64,000 bases of DNA from Chthoniobacterales bacterium (GTDB taxonomy: Bacteria; Verrucomicrobiota; Verrucomicrobiia; Chthoniobacterales; DASVRZ01): NCBI GenBank assembly GCA_039930045.1, contig JBDSQB010000002.1, forward strand, positions 262,286 to 326,285, written 5' to 3'. The notes below the pieces were generated by a model. It did not search any database. It saw nothing but the letters and a program-made list of their open reading frames with translations, and was not told the DNA's origin. How positions within the stretch are numbered: the first letter of the stretch is position 1; each line of letters opens with the position of its first letter. A program made the position numbers and the translations under genes. Positions 9,295 to 20,020 of the stretch are shown in pieces.

Positions 9295-11787
9295 TCAGAC
9301 TGCGGTCGCAGGCTGCGGCGGTTCGGGTTCCTGAACCACGAACTCGATGTCGCGCGGGCCTTTTTTGGCAATCAAGGTGTCGCCGGTTTTCACCGTGCCC
9401 TTGAGCAATTCCTCCGCCAGCGGGTCTTCCAAGTAACGCTCGACTGCACGCCGCATCGGACGCGCGCCGTAGGCTGGGTCGTATCCTTTTTCGATGAGAA
9501 ATTCGACAGCAGACGGATCAAGGGTGATATGGATTTCCTTGTATTTGAGACGCTTAACGGTCTTCGCGACTTCGAGATCGACGATCTGGGCGAGGTCGGC
9601 TTTTTCCAATGTATGGAAAACAATCAAGTCGTCCAGACGGTTGATGAACTCCGGTTTGAAGACGCGTTTCGCTTCTTCGAGGATTTTCTCGCGCATTAGA
9701 TCGTAGTTGTGCTCATTGCGTGGCGCACCGAAGCCCATCGTGGTCTGGCGTTTGATCGTCTCGGCTCCGACGTTCGAGGTCATAATGATGATCGTATTTC
9801 TGAAGTCGATTTTGCGTCCGAGCGAATCGGTGATTTTTCCCTCCTCCAAAATCTGGAGCATGAGATTCATCACATCAGGGTGCGCTTTTTCCACTTCATC
9901 GAACAGCACGACGCTGTAAGGACGACGGCGCACGGCCTCGGAAAGCTGGCCGCCCTCCTCGTATCCGACGTAGCCCGGAGGCGAACCGATCAGGCGTGAG
10001 GCGGTGAATTTCTCCATGTATTCGGACATGTCGATCTGGATGATGGCATCCTGATCGCCGAACATGAATTCAGCTAAAGTCCTCGCCAGGAAGGTTTTAC
10101 CCACGCCCGTGGGGCCGAGGAAAATGAAGGACCCAATCGGGCGGCGCGGATCTTTCAAGTCCGCGCGGCTGCGGCGCAAGGCCTTGCTCACCGCGATGAC
10201 CGCCTCGTTCTGGCCGATGACGCTGTTTTTCAACTCCGTCTCCATGGTCAGGAGCTTGGTCATTTCCTTTTGCTCCATCCGATTCAGCGGCACGCCGGTC
10301 CACTTGGAAACGATGTGCATCATGTCGTCTTCGGTCACGAGCACCTCCTTCTCCTCGCGCTGTTCGCGCCATTGAGTCAGAATGGATTCGAGCTTCTCCT
10401 TGGCCTGTTTTTCGGTGTCGCGCAGGGCGGCGGCTTTTTCAAAATCCTGGGCCTTGATCGCGCCTTCCTTGTCGGCCTTGATCGACTCGATCTCGGCTTC
10501 GATGTCCTTCACATTCGGCGGGCGCGTCATGGAATTAATCCGGGCGCGGGCACCGGCTTCATCCATCACGTCGATCGCCTTGTCTGGCAGAAAACGATTC
10601 GTCAGATAACGATCCGAGAGCTTCGCGGCAAATTCGAGCGCGGCGTCGGTGAGCTTGGCCTTGTGGTGCGCCTCGTATTTTGGACGGAGCCCCTTCAAAA
10701 TCTCGATGGTTTCCTCGACGCTCGGGGCCTCGACTTTCACGGTCTGGAAACGGCGTTCCAGAGCGGCGTCTTTCTCGATGTATTTGCGGTACTCGGTCAG
10801 CGTAGTCGCGCCAATGCACTGCAACTCGCCCCGGCTCAGCGCGGGCTTGATGATGTTCGACGCATCCATAGCGCCCTCGGCGGAACCAGCGCCCACAATT
10901 GTGTGCAACTCGTCGATAAAAAGGAGAACGTTCTTCGTCCGGCGGATCTCGTCCATGACGGCTTTGATGCGCTCCTCAAACTGGCCGCGATATTTCGTCC
11001 CGGCGACCATGAGGGCCAAGTCGAGTGTGATCACTTTCTTGTCGCGCAGCAGTTCGGGAACGTTGCCGCTCGCGATTTCCTGCGCCAAACCTTCAGCGAT
11101 CGCCGTTTTGCCAACGCCAGCCTCGCCGAGCAAGACGGGGTTGTTCTTGGTGCGGCGGCAGAGAATTTGAATGACGCGCTCAATCTCGTTTTTGCGTCCG
11201 ATGACCGGGTCCAACTCGCCTTTCTTGGCGATCTCAGTCAGGTCACGTCCAAACGCGCGCAGCGCAGGCGTTTTCACATCTTTCTGCTTGCCGGAACCAC
11301 CGCCGGACGGCTCTTGAGGAATGTCCGACTCGCCTTCGGGTGGTGTGTAGTTCGGGTCGAGTTCCTTCATGATCTCGCCGCGAGTGCGCTCGATGTCGAT
11401 TTCCAGCGTCTTCAAAACGCGGGCCGCGACGCCTTCGCCTTCACGGAGGAGTCCCAGTAAAATGTGTTCCGTGCCGACGTAGCTGTGGTTCAGCGTCTTC
11501 GCTTCCTTGCCGGCGAGCGCGAGGACTTTTTTCACCCGCGGCGTGTAGGGAATATTCCCGACCATCTTGGTCTCAGGACCGGAGCCGACCTGTTTTTCGA
11601 CTTCCATCCGGACGGTTTCGAGGTCGAGTCCCATTTTTTGCAATACGTTGACCGCGACGCCTTGGCCGAGTTTGATCAAGCCGAGCAAGAGATGCTCAGT
11701 GCCCACGTAATTGTGGTTGAAACGATCCGCTTCTTTGCGGGCTAGAGCCAGGACCTGTTGAGCACGAGGAGTGAAATTATTCATCAT
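9295..11787 (-). CDS. clpC: ATP-dependent Clp protease ATP-binding subunit ClpC
   Basis: Duplicated Clp_N repeats (GTEHLLLGL twice). Two AAA modules ([17 protein letters not shown]). UVR-like middle region. 830 aa. Confidence 0.92.
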   Translation of the reverse strand: MMNNFTPRAQQVLALARKEADRFNHNYVGTEHLLLGLIKLGQGVAVNVLQKMGLDLETVRMEVEKQVGSGPETKMVGNIPYTPRVKKVLALAGKEAKTLNHSYVGTEHILLGLLREGEGVAARVLKTLEIDIERTRGEIMKELDPNYTPPEGESDIPQEPSGGGSGKQKDVKTPALRAFGRDLTEIAKKGELDPVIGRKNEIERVIQILCRRTKNNPVLLGEAGVGKTAIAEGLAQEIASGNVPELLRDKKVITLDLALMVAGTKYRGQFEERIKAVMDEIRRTKNVLLFIDELHTIVGAGSAEGAMDASNIIKPALSRGELQCIGATTLTEYRKYIEKDAALERRFQTVKVEAPSVEETIEILKGLRPKYEAHHKAKLTDAALEFAAKLSDRYLTNRFLPDKAIDVMDEAGARARINSMTRPPNVKDIEAEIESIKADKEGAIKAQDFEKAAALRDTEKQAKEKLESILTQWREQREEKEVLVTEDDMMHIVSKWTGVPLNRMEQKEMTKLLTMETELKNSVIGQNEAVIAVSKALRRSRADLKDPRRPIGSFIFLGPTGVGKTFLARTLAEFMFGDQDAIIQIDMSEYMEKFTASRLIGSPPGYVGYEEGGQLSEAVRRRPYSVVLFDEVEKAHPDVMNLMLQILEEGKITDSLGRKIDFRNTIIIMTSNVGAETIKRQTTMGFGAPRNEHNYDLMREKILEEAKRVFKPEFINRLDDLIVFHTLEKADLAQIVDLEVAKTVKRLKYKEIHITLDPSAVEFLIEKGYDPAYGARPMRRAVERYLEDPLAEELLKGTVKTGDTLIAKKGPRDIEFVVQEPEPPQPATAV

Positions 11788-11827
11788 TTTTGGGTTCTGG
11801 AAGCCGGGTTATTCCGGCAACTAATAA

Positions 11828-11856
11828 CTTATATCAGCGTTGGCAGAAGACTGCAA
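11828..11856 (-). promoter_or_regulatory. Candidate sigma70-type promoter for clpC: TTGCAG, 17-nt spacer, TATAAG on the minus strand
   Basis: Hexamers read on the reverse complement, about 40 nt upstream of the clpC ATG. Confidence 0.3.
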
Positions 11857-11914
11857 CTTACTGACAACAAAGGCACGAGGCTACCCGGCGTTTCCCGCGC
11901 CTACTAAACAACAA

Positions 11915-13213
11915 TCAACGGGCGCCCATCGGGGCTTCCAGATGTACGGGCTGGCTGGTCGAACCGACCTCACCTGAACGGGTGGTGCCGCGCTTGAAAA
12001 GCAGTTTGGCCGAACGAATCTCCACGCCATCGGGTGACTCGGCGACGATTGGAATTTCAAATTCCCCATCGGGCAGCCGGAAGTGGTAGCGGAAGCTGCC
12101 GTCCTTCGCGAGGGCGATTTCCTTGCCATCGATCCAGACGGTCGCATCAGGATGCGTGCCGCCGTAGAAAATGACCTCGGCATTCACGTGCATGAAAAAG
12201 TCCCGGCTCTCGCCGCCAAACGGCTGCGCGCTCCAGCTCGAACCCAAGGCTCCCGACCAGCTGGATTCGCCGCCGACGGCGGTGACCCAACTCGATTCAC
12301 CGGACCAGCTTGCTCCGATTCCACTGAAAAGACTGCTCTCGTGCCAGGTCGAGCCGACGAGGTTTTGCAGGAACGACATTTCGCTGGAACTCGGCGAGCT
12401 GAGCGATTCCGAAAGCGCCTCGGCGAGACGTTTGCGGAAAATCTGGTCGATGTCCGCCGAGCCGAGGCTGATCTGGGAAACGAGGTCCGAACCAACCAGG
12501 GTCTCGAGCAGATTGCGCTGCTCGTCCGTCCAGTCGCTGGCGATTTGTTGGAGGTTTTTCGTCGCATCGCCCTGCAACCGGGCCAGCGATCTCACCAGCG
12601 AACTGCCGGCTTCCATGTCGTTCTGAACCATTTCCAGCATTCGATTGAAACTCAAATGGAAGGGCACTGAGGCAAATTCCGCCTGGCCTTCGGTGAATGT
12701 ATCGGCGGGCGCGAGGGCGATATTCGACGTGCCGACGACGGACCATTTCGAGCGAACATCATTGAAACCCAACTCGACGTAATAGGGCACGCCGGCGTCG
12801 TTGATCGGGAAATACCAATTTTTCGCCTGCGTGTTGACGCGGATTTGATCGGTCAACTCGCCCTTTTCCGTGTAAACCTTCAGATAAAAAGTCGCCTCGT
12901 CCTCGACCATCAGACTGCGGTCGAAACTTTCCAGATCGAGATCCCAATAAACGAAAAGCCAGTGCGGATCGCGGGCGGCGAGATAAATCTGGCCCGTCTG
13001 ATAGGAAGCGGGCAATTCGCCGAGGTTTTCGTAGCCTGCGGCGCTGGCGGAACTGGTGGCCAGGGCCGGCTCCTCAATGGGAATCTCCGGGATGGCTTCC
13101 ACGGCCGCGGGAGTGACGACCCGACTGGCGATGGTTGGTTCGGTGCTGATTTTGAAAGGCTGCTCGCTGGTTTCAGCTTCGTCTAGCCTGGATGTTTTTG
13201 GATCGTTTCCCAT
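11915..13213 (-). CDS. Hypothetical protein, DUF4912-like
   Basis: Clean 432-aa ORF upstream of clpC. The motif RDPHWLFVYWDL resembles the DUF4912 signature as I remember it. Ser/Trp-rich middle and beta-rich C-terminus. Function unknown. Confidence 0.6.
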   Translation of the reverse strand: MGNDPKTSRLDEAETSEQPFKISTEPTIASRVVTPAAVEAIPEIPIEEPALATSSASAAGYENLGELPASYQTGQIYLAARDPHWLFVYWDLDLESFDRSLMVEDEATFYLKVYTEKGELTDQIRVNTQAKNWYFPINDAGVPYYVELGFNDVRSKWSVVGTSNIALAPADTFTEGQAEFASVPFHLSFNRMLEMVQNDMEAGSSLVRSLARLQGDATKNLQQIASDWTDEQRNLLETLVGSDLVSQISLGSADIDQIFRKRLAEALSESLSSPSSSEMSFLQNLVGSTWHESSLFSGIGASWSGESSWVTAVGGESSWSGALGSSWSAQPFGGESRDFFMHVNAEVIFYGGTHPDATVWIDGKEIALAKDGSFRYHFRLPDGEFEIPIVAESPDGVEIRSAKLLFKRGTTRSGEVGSTSQPVHLEAPMGAR

Positions 13214-13389
13214 GGATTCCTTCGTTTGATTTTTTTACAACTGCGTTTGGCCAGCCCTGTCCGGCAAAACGCTGGCAGAATTACAAACTTTAGGCATTTA
13301 TGGCAATGAAAATTTCTTGAGTATGTTCCGCAAAGCACCGTCAGTGTGTGCTTTCCGCAGCCAAAACCCATCCGACTTTCATTTCACTC

Positions 13390-14151
13390 ATGTTTACCAA
13401 ACGCGTTATTCCCTGTCTTGATGTGACCAATGGACGGGTGGTGAAGGGCACGCAGTTTCTGGAATTGCGCGATGCAGGCGACCCGGTCGAATGCGCCCTC
13501 GCCTATAATAATCAGGGTGCGGACGAGCTTGTTTTTCTGGACATCACGGCTTCGTCCGACAATCGCAATACCATGATCGATGTCGTCGAACGCACGGCGG
13601 ATCAATGTTTCATGCCGCTAACCGTTGGAGGAGGGATTCGCACGGTGGCCGATGTCCGCGCGATGCTCCTGGCCGGAGCGGACAAGGTGAGCATGAACAC
13701 GGCGGCGATTGCGAATCCGGGTCTGATTAGCGCGGCGGCGGAAGGTTTTGGGTCGCAATGTGTCGTCGTCGCCATCGACGCTCGGAAAAACGACCGCGGC
13801 GGCTGGACGGTTTACACGCATGGCGGGCGCAAGCCGACGGAGCTGGATGCGATTGCCTGGGCAATCGAGGCCGAAAAACGCGGCGCGGGTGAGATTCTAC
13901 TCACGAGCATGGACGCCGACGGCACAAAGGACGGCTACGATCTCGCGCTGACCGCAGCCGTGAGCGAGCGTATCGGCATTCCCGTGATCGCCAGCGGCGG
14001 TGCGGGAAAACTGGAGCATCTGGCCCGCGTGCTCGACGAAGGAAAAGCCGACGCCGTGCTCGCAGCGAGCATTTTCCATTTTGGAGAATTCACCGTCGGA
14101 GACGTGAAACGCTACCTCCGCGCCCAAGGCGTGCCGGTGCGACTGGAGTAG
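13390..14151 (+). CDS. hisF: Imidazole glycerol phosphate synthase cyclase subunit
   Basis: [36 protein letters not shown] motifs. About 253 aa from the ATG at 13390. Confidence 0.93.
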   Translation: MFTKRVIPCLDVTNGRVVKGTQFLELRDAGDPVECALAYNNQGADELVFLDITASSDNRNTMIDVVERTADQCFMPLTVGGGIRTVADVRAMLLAGADKVSMNTAAIANPGLISAAAEGFGSQCVVVAIDARKNDRGGWTVYTHGGRKPTELDAIAWAIEAEKRGAGEILLTSMDADGTKDGYDLALTAAVSERIGIPVIASGGAGKLEHLARVLDEGKADAVLAASIFHFGEFTVGDVKRYLRAQGVPVRLE

Positions 14152-14233
14152 GCCTTAATACTAGAAGCGCTAAGATTCAGGTGACGGGATTTTTGATTTG
14201 AGTTAGATTCGACTTCAACAACCCGGAGGAATT

Positions 14234-14326
14234 ATGGCAAAAGGAAATAACAGTCATCGCAAGGAAGTGAAGAAGCCCAAAAAGAAGACGCTTCCCGGAC
14301 AGGTCCAGCCACCGTCGAAAAACTAG
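14234..14326 (+). CDS. Small basic protein, 30 aa (MAKGNNSHRKEVKKPKKKTLPGQVQPPSKN)
   Basis: ATG preceded by GGAGGA at 14225-14230 with 3-nt spacing. Absent from the ORF track because it is short. It resembles small Lys-rich hypothetical proteins seen in other bacteria; this is from memory and unverified. Confidence 0.5.
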   Translation: MAKGNNSHRKEVKKPKKKTLPGQVQPPSKN

Positions 14327-14359
14327 AGCGGAATCAGGGCCCCTATTGAGTTGGGGAAA

Positions 14360-16117
14360 CTACTCGGCGAATTGCAGGCTGTGGAGCGTGGCGTAAAGAC
14401 CGTTTTGCGCCATCAAGGTGGCGTGCGTTCCTTGCTCGACCACGCGGCCAGCGTCCATCACGAGAATTTCATTCGCCTTCACGATGGTGCTCAGCCGGTG
14501 CGCGATGACCAGCGTCGTGCGGCTGCTCATGAGACGTTCGAGCGCTTCCTGAATGAGCCGCTCGGAGACGCTGTCGAGTGCCGACGTCGCCTCGTCGAGA
14601 ATGAGGATGCGCGGGTTTTTTAAGATCACCCGGGCGATGGCGATGCGCTGACGCTGCCCGCCGGAAAGGGTGACGCCCCGTTCGCCGATCTCGGAGTTGT
14701 AGCTGTTGGCAAATTTCTCGATGAAGTCGTGCGCGTTCGCCGCCCGGGCAGCCTCGATCATTTCCTCGTCGGTGGCGTCGGGTTTGCCGTATTTGATGTT
14801 TTCGCGGATGGAGCCGGAAAAAAGGATGTTTTCCTGCATGACGATCCCGATCTGGCGGCGGAGCGACTGGACGTTGAAGTCGCGGATGTCCCGTCCGTCG
14901 ATCAATATCCGGCCCTCGGTCGCCTCGTAAAACCGTGCGAGCAGGGTGATGATGGTGCTTTTTCCCGCGCCGCTCGGGCCGACCAGCGCCAGCATTTTCC
15001 CCGGAGCCACGGCGAAATGGACATCGCGTAACGTGTCCTGATGCGACTTGTAGCCAAATGAAACGTGATCAAAAGTCACCTCGCCGCGCACCGTCGGCAG
15101 CGCGGGCAGCAGGTCGTTTTCCGGCACGGCAGGCTGCGTGTCCATGACATTGAAGATTTGTTCCAGCGCGACGACGGCGGTCTGAATCACGGAATTCGCG
15201 TCCACGATCCGGGTGATCGGCGTGTAGAGGAGGGCGAGATAGAAATTAAAGGCGACGAGCTGGCCCACGGTGAATCCGTCGATGTGATGCCAGGCCAGCC
15301 ACGAGCCGTAGCCGAGCACGACCAAAGTCCCGAGGCCGGTGACGAGTTCCGCGCCGCCGCCAAGCAGTCCGTTGCGCCAGAGGAGGCGGGTGAAATTAAC
15401 GAGGTCCTTTTCGATGCGGAGGTTGAATTGGTTCATCTCGATTTCCTCCGTGGCGAAGGCGCGCACGAGCCGAGACGAGGCGATGCGCTCGTTGAGAAAC
15501 CCGATTACTTTGTCCCAGTTGCGCCGGTGGCGGCGTGCCTCGACCCGCAAACGGCGGCGATGCCAGAAGAAGTTCATCAAGAACAACGGCAGCACGCAGT
15601 AGGTGACGAGCGCCAGTTTCCAATGCGTGCAGGCGAGCACCACAAGGACGCCGCTGACGGTAACGAGGTCGCCGATGAGGTTGACCGACGCGCCTGAGAC
15701 GAGGCTAAACATGGCCCCGGTGTCGTTGGCAACGCGGGTGACGATTTTCCCCGTTTGCCGCTCATCGTAGAAACGCAGGGAGAGCTTCTGGAGGTGCGCG
15801 AAAATGTTGATCCGCATGTCGCAGGTCACGCGCATCCCGGTTTTTTGCAGAAGATAATTGCGGGCGAGCGTGGCGAAGACTTTGAAAACCACCGCCGCTG
15901 AGAAGCCGGCGAGGAGCCAGAGGATTCCGCTCCAGGGCTGCGTGCGCGTGACCCGGTCGATGACGGCTCCGACCAGATACGGACGGACGAGTTCGAGCGC
16001 GGCGACGGTCAATAAAAGCAGCAGAACGACCAAAAACCGCCCGCGATAGGGCACGAGATAACTAAAAAACCGTCGCAGAATCCGAAAGGTGTCGTCGCGG
16101 GAGTGGCGTCTGCGCAT
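14360..16117 (-). CDS. ABC exporter, fused permease and ATPase (MsbA/ABCB type)
   Basis: Six-TM N-terminal half. [22 protein letters not shown] and ILILDEATSALD motifs. Start chosen at MRRRHSR. A GTG at 16243 overlapping the arfB stop is an alternative start. Confidence 0.88.
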   Translation of the reverse strand: MRRRHSRDDTFRILRRFFSYLVPYRGRFLVVLLLLLTVAALELVRPYLVGAVIDRVTRTQPWSGILWLLAGFSAAVVFKVFATLARNYLLQKTGMRVTCDMRINIFAHLQKLSLRFYDERQTGKIVTRVANDTGAMFSLVSGASVNLIGDLVTVSGVLVVLACTHWKLALVTYCVLPLFLMNFFWHRRRLRVEARRHRRNWDKVIGFLNERIASSRLVRAFATEEIEMNQFNLRIEKDLVNFTRLLWRNGLLGGGAELVTGLGTLVVLGYGSWLAWHHIDGFTVGQLVAFNFYLALLYTPITRIVDANSVIQTAVVALEQIFNVMDTQPAVPENDLLPALPTVRGEVTFDHVSFGYKSHQDTLRDVHFAVAPGKMLALVGPSGAGKSTIITLLARFYEATEGRILIDGRDIRDFNVQSLRRQIGIVMQENILFSGSIRENIKYGKPDATDEEMIEAARAANAHDFIEKFANSYNSEIGERGVTLSGGQRQRIAIARVILKNPRILILDEATSALDSVSERLIQEALERLMSSRTTLVIAHRLSTIVKANEILVMDAGRVVEQGTHATLMAQNGLYATLHSLQFAE

Positions 16118-16239
16118 GGCACTGATGAATAGCACCGGAAATGTGGACCTCCATGAATATCTAACTAATTCACTCCCGCAGCGGAGGAGGGATTCCGTGA
16201 TTGGAATGAAACTCGTATCGCGGAAATGCGAGCGCAGTT

Positions 16240-16620
16240 TCACTCGACTCGTCCGCGCATTTTCTTCGTGTCGCCGCGGCGTTTCTTCTGCTGGAGGATG
16301 CGCTCCTTCAGTCCGCGCGGCTTCGGGCGGTTGGCGCGTTTCACTTTTTCCCGCTCCGATTTCAATGCAGCCCGGCTGGCGGCCCGCTGTTCTTTGATTG
16401 TGGCAATGAGGCGTTCGCGAGCGAGCTGCCGATTCGAGAGTTGCGAACGATGATCCTGCACGCTCACTTGCAGTCCACTGGGACGATGGACCAGCGTGAC
16501 GGACGTGCTGACTTTGTTGACGTTCTGCCCGCCCGGCCCCGAGGAACGTTTGAAGGTTTCCTCAACGTCCTCGATGCGCAGCCCGAGCTTGCGGAGGGCG
16601 GCGGCAAATTCGGTGTCCAT
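16240..16620 (-). CDS. arfB: Alternative ribosome-rescue factor / peptidyl-tRNA hydrolase ArfB
   Basis: 126 aa. GGQ motif SSGPGGQNVNKV followed by a basic C-terminal tail. Confidence 0.85.
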   Translation of the reverse strand: MDTEFAAALRKLGLRIEDVEETFKRSSGPGGQNVNKVSTSVTLVHRPSGLQVSVQDHRSQLSNRQLARERLIATIKEQRAASRAALKSEREKVKRANRPKPRGLKERILQQKKRRGDTKKMRGRVE

Positions 16621-16696
16621 CGGAGTTAGGTTGAAGTCTGCTCAACGTTAGAGCGAAGTTTTTCTTTGGCGCGTCGGCATTTTTCCGAATTGGCGG

Positions 16697-16725
16697 TTGA
16701 CGCTCCCCTTTCCGATTTCTAGTGT
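16697..16725 (+). promoter_or_regulatory. Candidate sigma70-type promoter for sucCD: TTGACG, 17-nt spacer, TAGTGT
   Basis: Hexamers read directly, 32 nt upstream of the sucC ATG in the divergent arfB/sucC gap. Confidence 0.35.
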
Positions 16726-16756
16726 CAAAATTTCCTCCGCAGACCCGCCTCTTTTC

Positions 16757-17953
16757 ATGAACATCCACGAGTACCAAGCCCGCGAACTTTTTGCGAAATT
16801 TAATGTCGCCACACAACCCGGCAGCGTCGCCTCGACTCCAGCGGAAGCCGAACAGATCGCCGCAAAACTGGGTGGCAAGATCGTCGTCAAATCGCAGATT
16901 CACGCTGGAGGACGCGGCAAGGGCGTTTTCAAAAACGGCTTCAAGGGCGGCGTCCATTTGTGTGCAACTCCCGTGGAAGCCGGGGAGCTCGCCGGAAAAA
17001 TGCTCGGCCAAGTGCTGGTGACGCATCAGACCGGACCCGAAGGCAAGGAAGTGAGCAAAGTCTTTGTCGGCGCCGCGGTAAACATCCAGCGCGAGTTGTA
17101 TTTCGCCATTTTGCAGGACCGCGCGACGAGCGGTTACACGATCATCGCGAGCACCGAAGGCGGCGTGAATATCGAGGACGTGGCCGAGCACACGCCGGAG
17201 AAAATTCACCACGAACCCGTCCACCCCACACTTGGGTTGCAGTCGTATCAAAGTCGCAAGCTGGCACAAATCCTGGGTCTCGACGGCAAGCTGATGAATC
17301 AGGCGGTGAAGCTTTTTGGCAATCTCTACAAGCTCTTCATCGAGTGCGATTGCTCGATGGTGGAAGTCAACCCGCTGGTCGTCACGGACAGGGGCGAATT
17401 GCTCGCGCTCGATGCGAAATTTGGCTTCGACGACAACGCTCTCTATCGCCATCCCGACATCCTCGCGATGCGCGACAAGACCGAGGAAGACCCGCGCGAA
17501 GTCGCCGCATCGGAGTTCCAATTGAATTACATCGGTCTCGACGGAAACATCGCCTGTCTGGTCAACGGAGCCGGGCTCGCCATGGCGACGATGGACATTA
17601 TTCAATACGCCGGCGGCAACCCCGCGAACTTCCTCGACGTCGGCGGCGGCGCGACCAAGGAGCAAGTCGCAGCAGCCTTCCGAATCATCCTGGCCGACCC
17701 CAAAGTCGAAGGCATTCTCGTGAATATTTTTGGCGGCATCATGGATTGCGACATCATCGCCCACGGGATTTTGGCCGCGGCTGCGGAGACGGGTTTGAGC
17801 ATTCCCCTCGTCGTCCGGCTCGAAGGCAACAACGTCGCCGCTGGCAAAGCCACGCTGGCTTCCAGCGATCTGAAAGTTATCGGAGGCGACAACATTCTCG
17901 ACGCCGCCCAGAAGATCGTCGCAGCCGTCAGCGACGCTAAAAAAGCCGCCTAA
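16757..17953 (+). CDS. sucC: Succinyl-CoA synthetase beta subunit
   Basis: [13 protein letters not shown]-terminus, ATP-grasp region, [10 protein letters not shown] motif. Confidence 0.93.
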   Translation: MNIHEYQARELFAKFNVATQPGSVASTPAEAEQIAAKLGGKIVVKSQIHAGGRGKGVFKNGFKGGVHLCATPVEAGELAGKMLGQVLVTHQTGPEGKEVSKVFVGAAVNIQRELYFAILQDRATSGYTIIASTEGGVNIEDVAEHTPEKIHHEPVHPTLGLQSYQSRKLAQILGLDGKLMNQAVKLFGNLYKLFIECDCSMVEVNPLVVTDRGELLALDAKFGFDDNALYRHPDILAMRDKTEEDPREVAASEFQLNYIGLDGNIACLVNGAGLAMATMDIIQYAGGNPANFLDVGGGATKEQVAAAFRIILADPKVEGILVNIFGGIMDCDIIAHGILAAAAETGLSIPLVVRLEGNNVAAGKATLASSDLKVIGGDNILDAAQKIVAAVSDAKKAA

Positions 17954-17961
17954 TTTCTCCC

Positions 17962-18858
17962 ATGTCCATTCTTGTCACGCCCACTACTAAGATTCTCATC
18001 CAAGGCATCACTGGCAGCTTTGGCGCGCGCCATGCCCAGCTTTCGCTCGACTACGGCAGCCAGGTTGTCGCCGGGGTTACGCCTGGAAAAGGCGGCCAGT
18101 TGTTTGCCAATGTCGTGCCAATTTTCGACACGGTCTCGCAAGCGGTGAGAGAAACCGGAGCCACTGTTTCGGCGATTTTTGTTCCGCCACCGTTCGCTGC
18201 CGACGCCATTTTGGAAGGCGTCGATGCCGGTCTCGATCTCGTGATTTGCATCACGGAAGGCATTCCGGTGAATGACATGGTGAAGGTGAAACACGCCATG
18301 AAAGGCAGCAAAACCCGTCTGATCGGCCCGAATTGCCCCGGCATCGTCACGCCTGGCACGGGGGAGAATTCCCATGGCGGCTGCCGCATCGGCATCGCAC
18401 CCGGTTACATTCATAAAAAGGGCAACGTCGGTGTCGTTTCGCGCTCGGGCACGCTCACTTACGAGGCTGTTTTCCAACTCACCACGCGCGGTTATGGCCA
18501 ATCGACTTGCGTTGGTATCGGCGGCGATCCGGTCAATGGCACGAGCCATTTGGACATTCTGAAAATGTTCAACGACGACCCCGAGACCGAGGCGATCATC
18601 ATGATCGGCGAAATCGGTGGCACCGCTGAGGAAGAAGCCGCTGAATGGGCGGGTCAGTATTGCAAGAAGCCGATCGCGGGCTTCATTGCCGGAGCCACCG
18701 CGCCTCCCGGACGCCGGATGGGTCACGCCGGGGCCATCGTCAGCGGAGGCAAAGGCACCGCCGCCGCCAAAATTGCCGCTCTCGAAGCCGCTGGCATCGC
18801 CGTTTCCCCGACGCCTGCCGGAATGGCCGACACGCTGCTGAAACACTGGAAGCGCTAA
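17962..18858 (+). CDS. sucD: Succinyl-CoA synthetase alpha subunit
   Basis: [16 protein letters not shown], and GHAGAI with the phosphohistidine. Starts 8 nt after sucC. Confidence 0.93.
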   Translation: MSILVTPTTKILIQGITGSFGARHAQLSLDYGSQVVAGVTPGKGGQLFANVVPIFDTVSQAVRETGATVSAIFVPPPFAADAILEGVDAGLDLVICITEGIPVNDMVKVKHAMKGSKTRLIGPNCPGIVTPGTGENSHGGCRIGIAPGYIHKKGNVGVVSRSGTLTYEAVFQLTTRGYGQSTCVGIGGDPVNGTSHLDILKMFNDDPETEAIIMIGEIGGTAEEEAAEWAGQYCKKPIAGFIAGATAPPGRRMGHAGAIVSGGKGTAAAKIAALEAAGIAVSPTPAGMADTLLKHWKR

Positions 18859-18895
18859 CATTTACATTTCAACCAAACTCAACTCTTAATAACCC

Positions 18896-20020
18896 ATGCC
18901 AATCATCTCCAGAGGACTCGAAGGAATCGTCGCCGCAGAAACCCGCATCGGAGACGTGCGCGGGGACATCGGGCAGTTGATTTATCAAGGTTACGACATC
19001 AACGAACTCGCGGGGAAGGTCTGCTTCGAGGAGGTTTTCTATCTTCTCTTGCACGGATATCTTCCAAACCAGACGCAACTGGAGAAAAAAATCACCGCGC
19101 TCCGGGCCGAACGCGAACTGCCACAAGGCATCATTGATTTTCTAACGTCGGCACCCAAGACCGCTGCGCCGATCGACATCATGCGGACGGCTGTCAGCAT
19201 GCTGGGTTGTTATCCCACGGGTCGGTATGATCTGACGGTAAGCGACAACCTCGAACACGCCATCAAACTGGTCGCCCAGATCGGGATCATCGCGGCCTAT
19301 TTCCATCGGGCACGCCAAGGTTTGGCTCTGCCACCGATTCGCAAGGATCTGAGCGAGGCCGGGCATTTTCTCTGGCTGATGACCGGCGAGGAACCAACCG
19401 CCGACGCCACGGCGACCCTCGATGTCGCCTACGTTCTCCACGCTGAACACGGCTTCAATGCCTCCACTTTCGCGGCACGCGTTGTCGCCTCCACCATGTC
19501 GGATATTTATTCCGCAGTGAGCGCGGCGATCGGCGCGTTAAAAGGCCCGCTGCACGGCGGTGCCAACGAAGGCGTCATCCACATGCTCCAGGAGATCGGC
19601 GAACTCGACAAAGTCGATGCCTACATTGCCGACGCGCTCGCTCAGAAAAGAAAAATCATGGGCATCGGACATCGCGTTTACAAAGTGCTCGACCCGCGCG
19701 CGCCGCATTTGAAGGCCATGGGAATCAAGCTTTCCAACGAACTCGGCGAGCCGAAATGGATTCAGATGAGCGAACGCATCGCCGCGCTCATGAAGGAGCA
19801 AAAGGGGCTCAACGCCAACGTCGATTTCTACTCCGCGACGGTTTATTACAGCCTCGGTATTCCAACCGACTTGTTCACACCGATCTTTGCCATCTCGCGC
19901 ATGGCCGGATGGACCGCGCACATTCTCGAGCAACTCGCCGACAACCGCCTGTTCCGTCCGCTCAGCGAATACGTCGGGCCCGCAGTTGGTCGCAAAGTCC
20001 TCCCGATCGCGGAACGCTAG
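18896..20020 (+). CDS. gltA: Citrate synthase, short ~375-aa type (2-methylcitrate synthase not excluded)
   Basis: HAEHGFNAST, GPLHGGAN and GHRVYK motifs. Adjacent to sucCD. Confidence 0.85.
   Translation: MPIISRGLEGIVAAETRIGDVRGDIGQLIYQGYDINELAGKVCFEEVFYLLLHGYLPNQTQLEKKITALRAERELPQGIIDFLTSAPKTAAPIDIMRTAVSMLGCYPTGRYDLTVSDNLEHAIKLVAQIGIIAAYFHRARQGLALPPIRKDLSEAGHFLWLMTGEEPTADATATLDVAYVLHAEHGFNASTFAARVVASTMSDIYSAVSAAIGALKGPLHGGANEGVIHMLQEIGELDKVDAYIADALAQKRKIMGIGHRVYKVLDPRAPHLKAMGIKLSNELGEPKWIQMSERIAALMKEQKGLNANVDFYSATVYYSLGIPTDLFTPIFAISRMAGWTAHILEQLADNRLFRPLSEYVGPAVGRKVLPIAER

Noticed and set aside
11838-11857. Sigma54-like TGGCAGAAGACTGCA near the clpC upstream region
   Set aside because: The GG-to-GC spacing is 9 nt rather than 10. 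The element also points on the plus strand into the 3' end of a minus-strand gene, so it has no plausible target.
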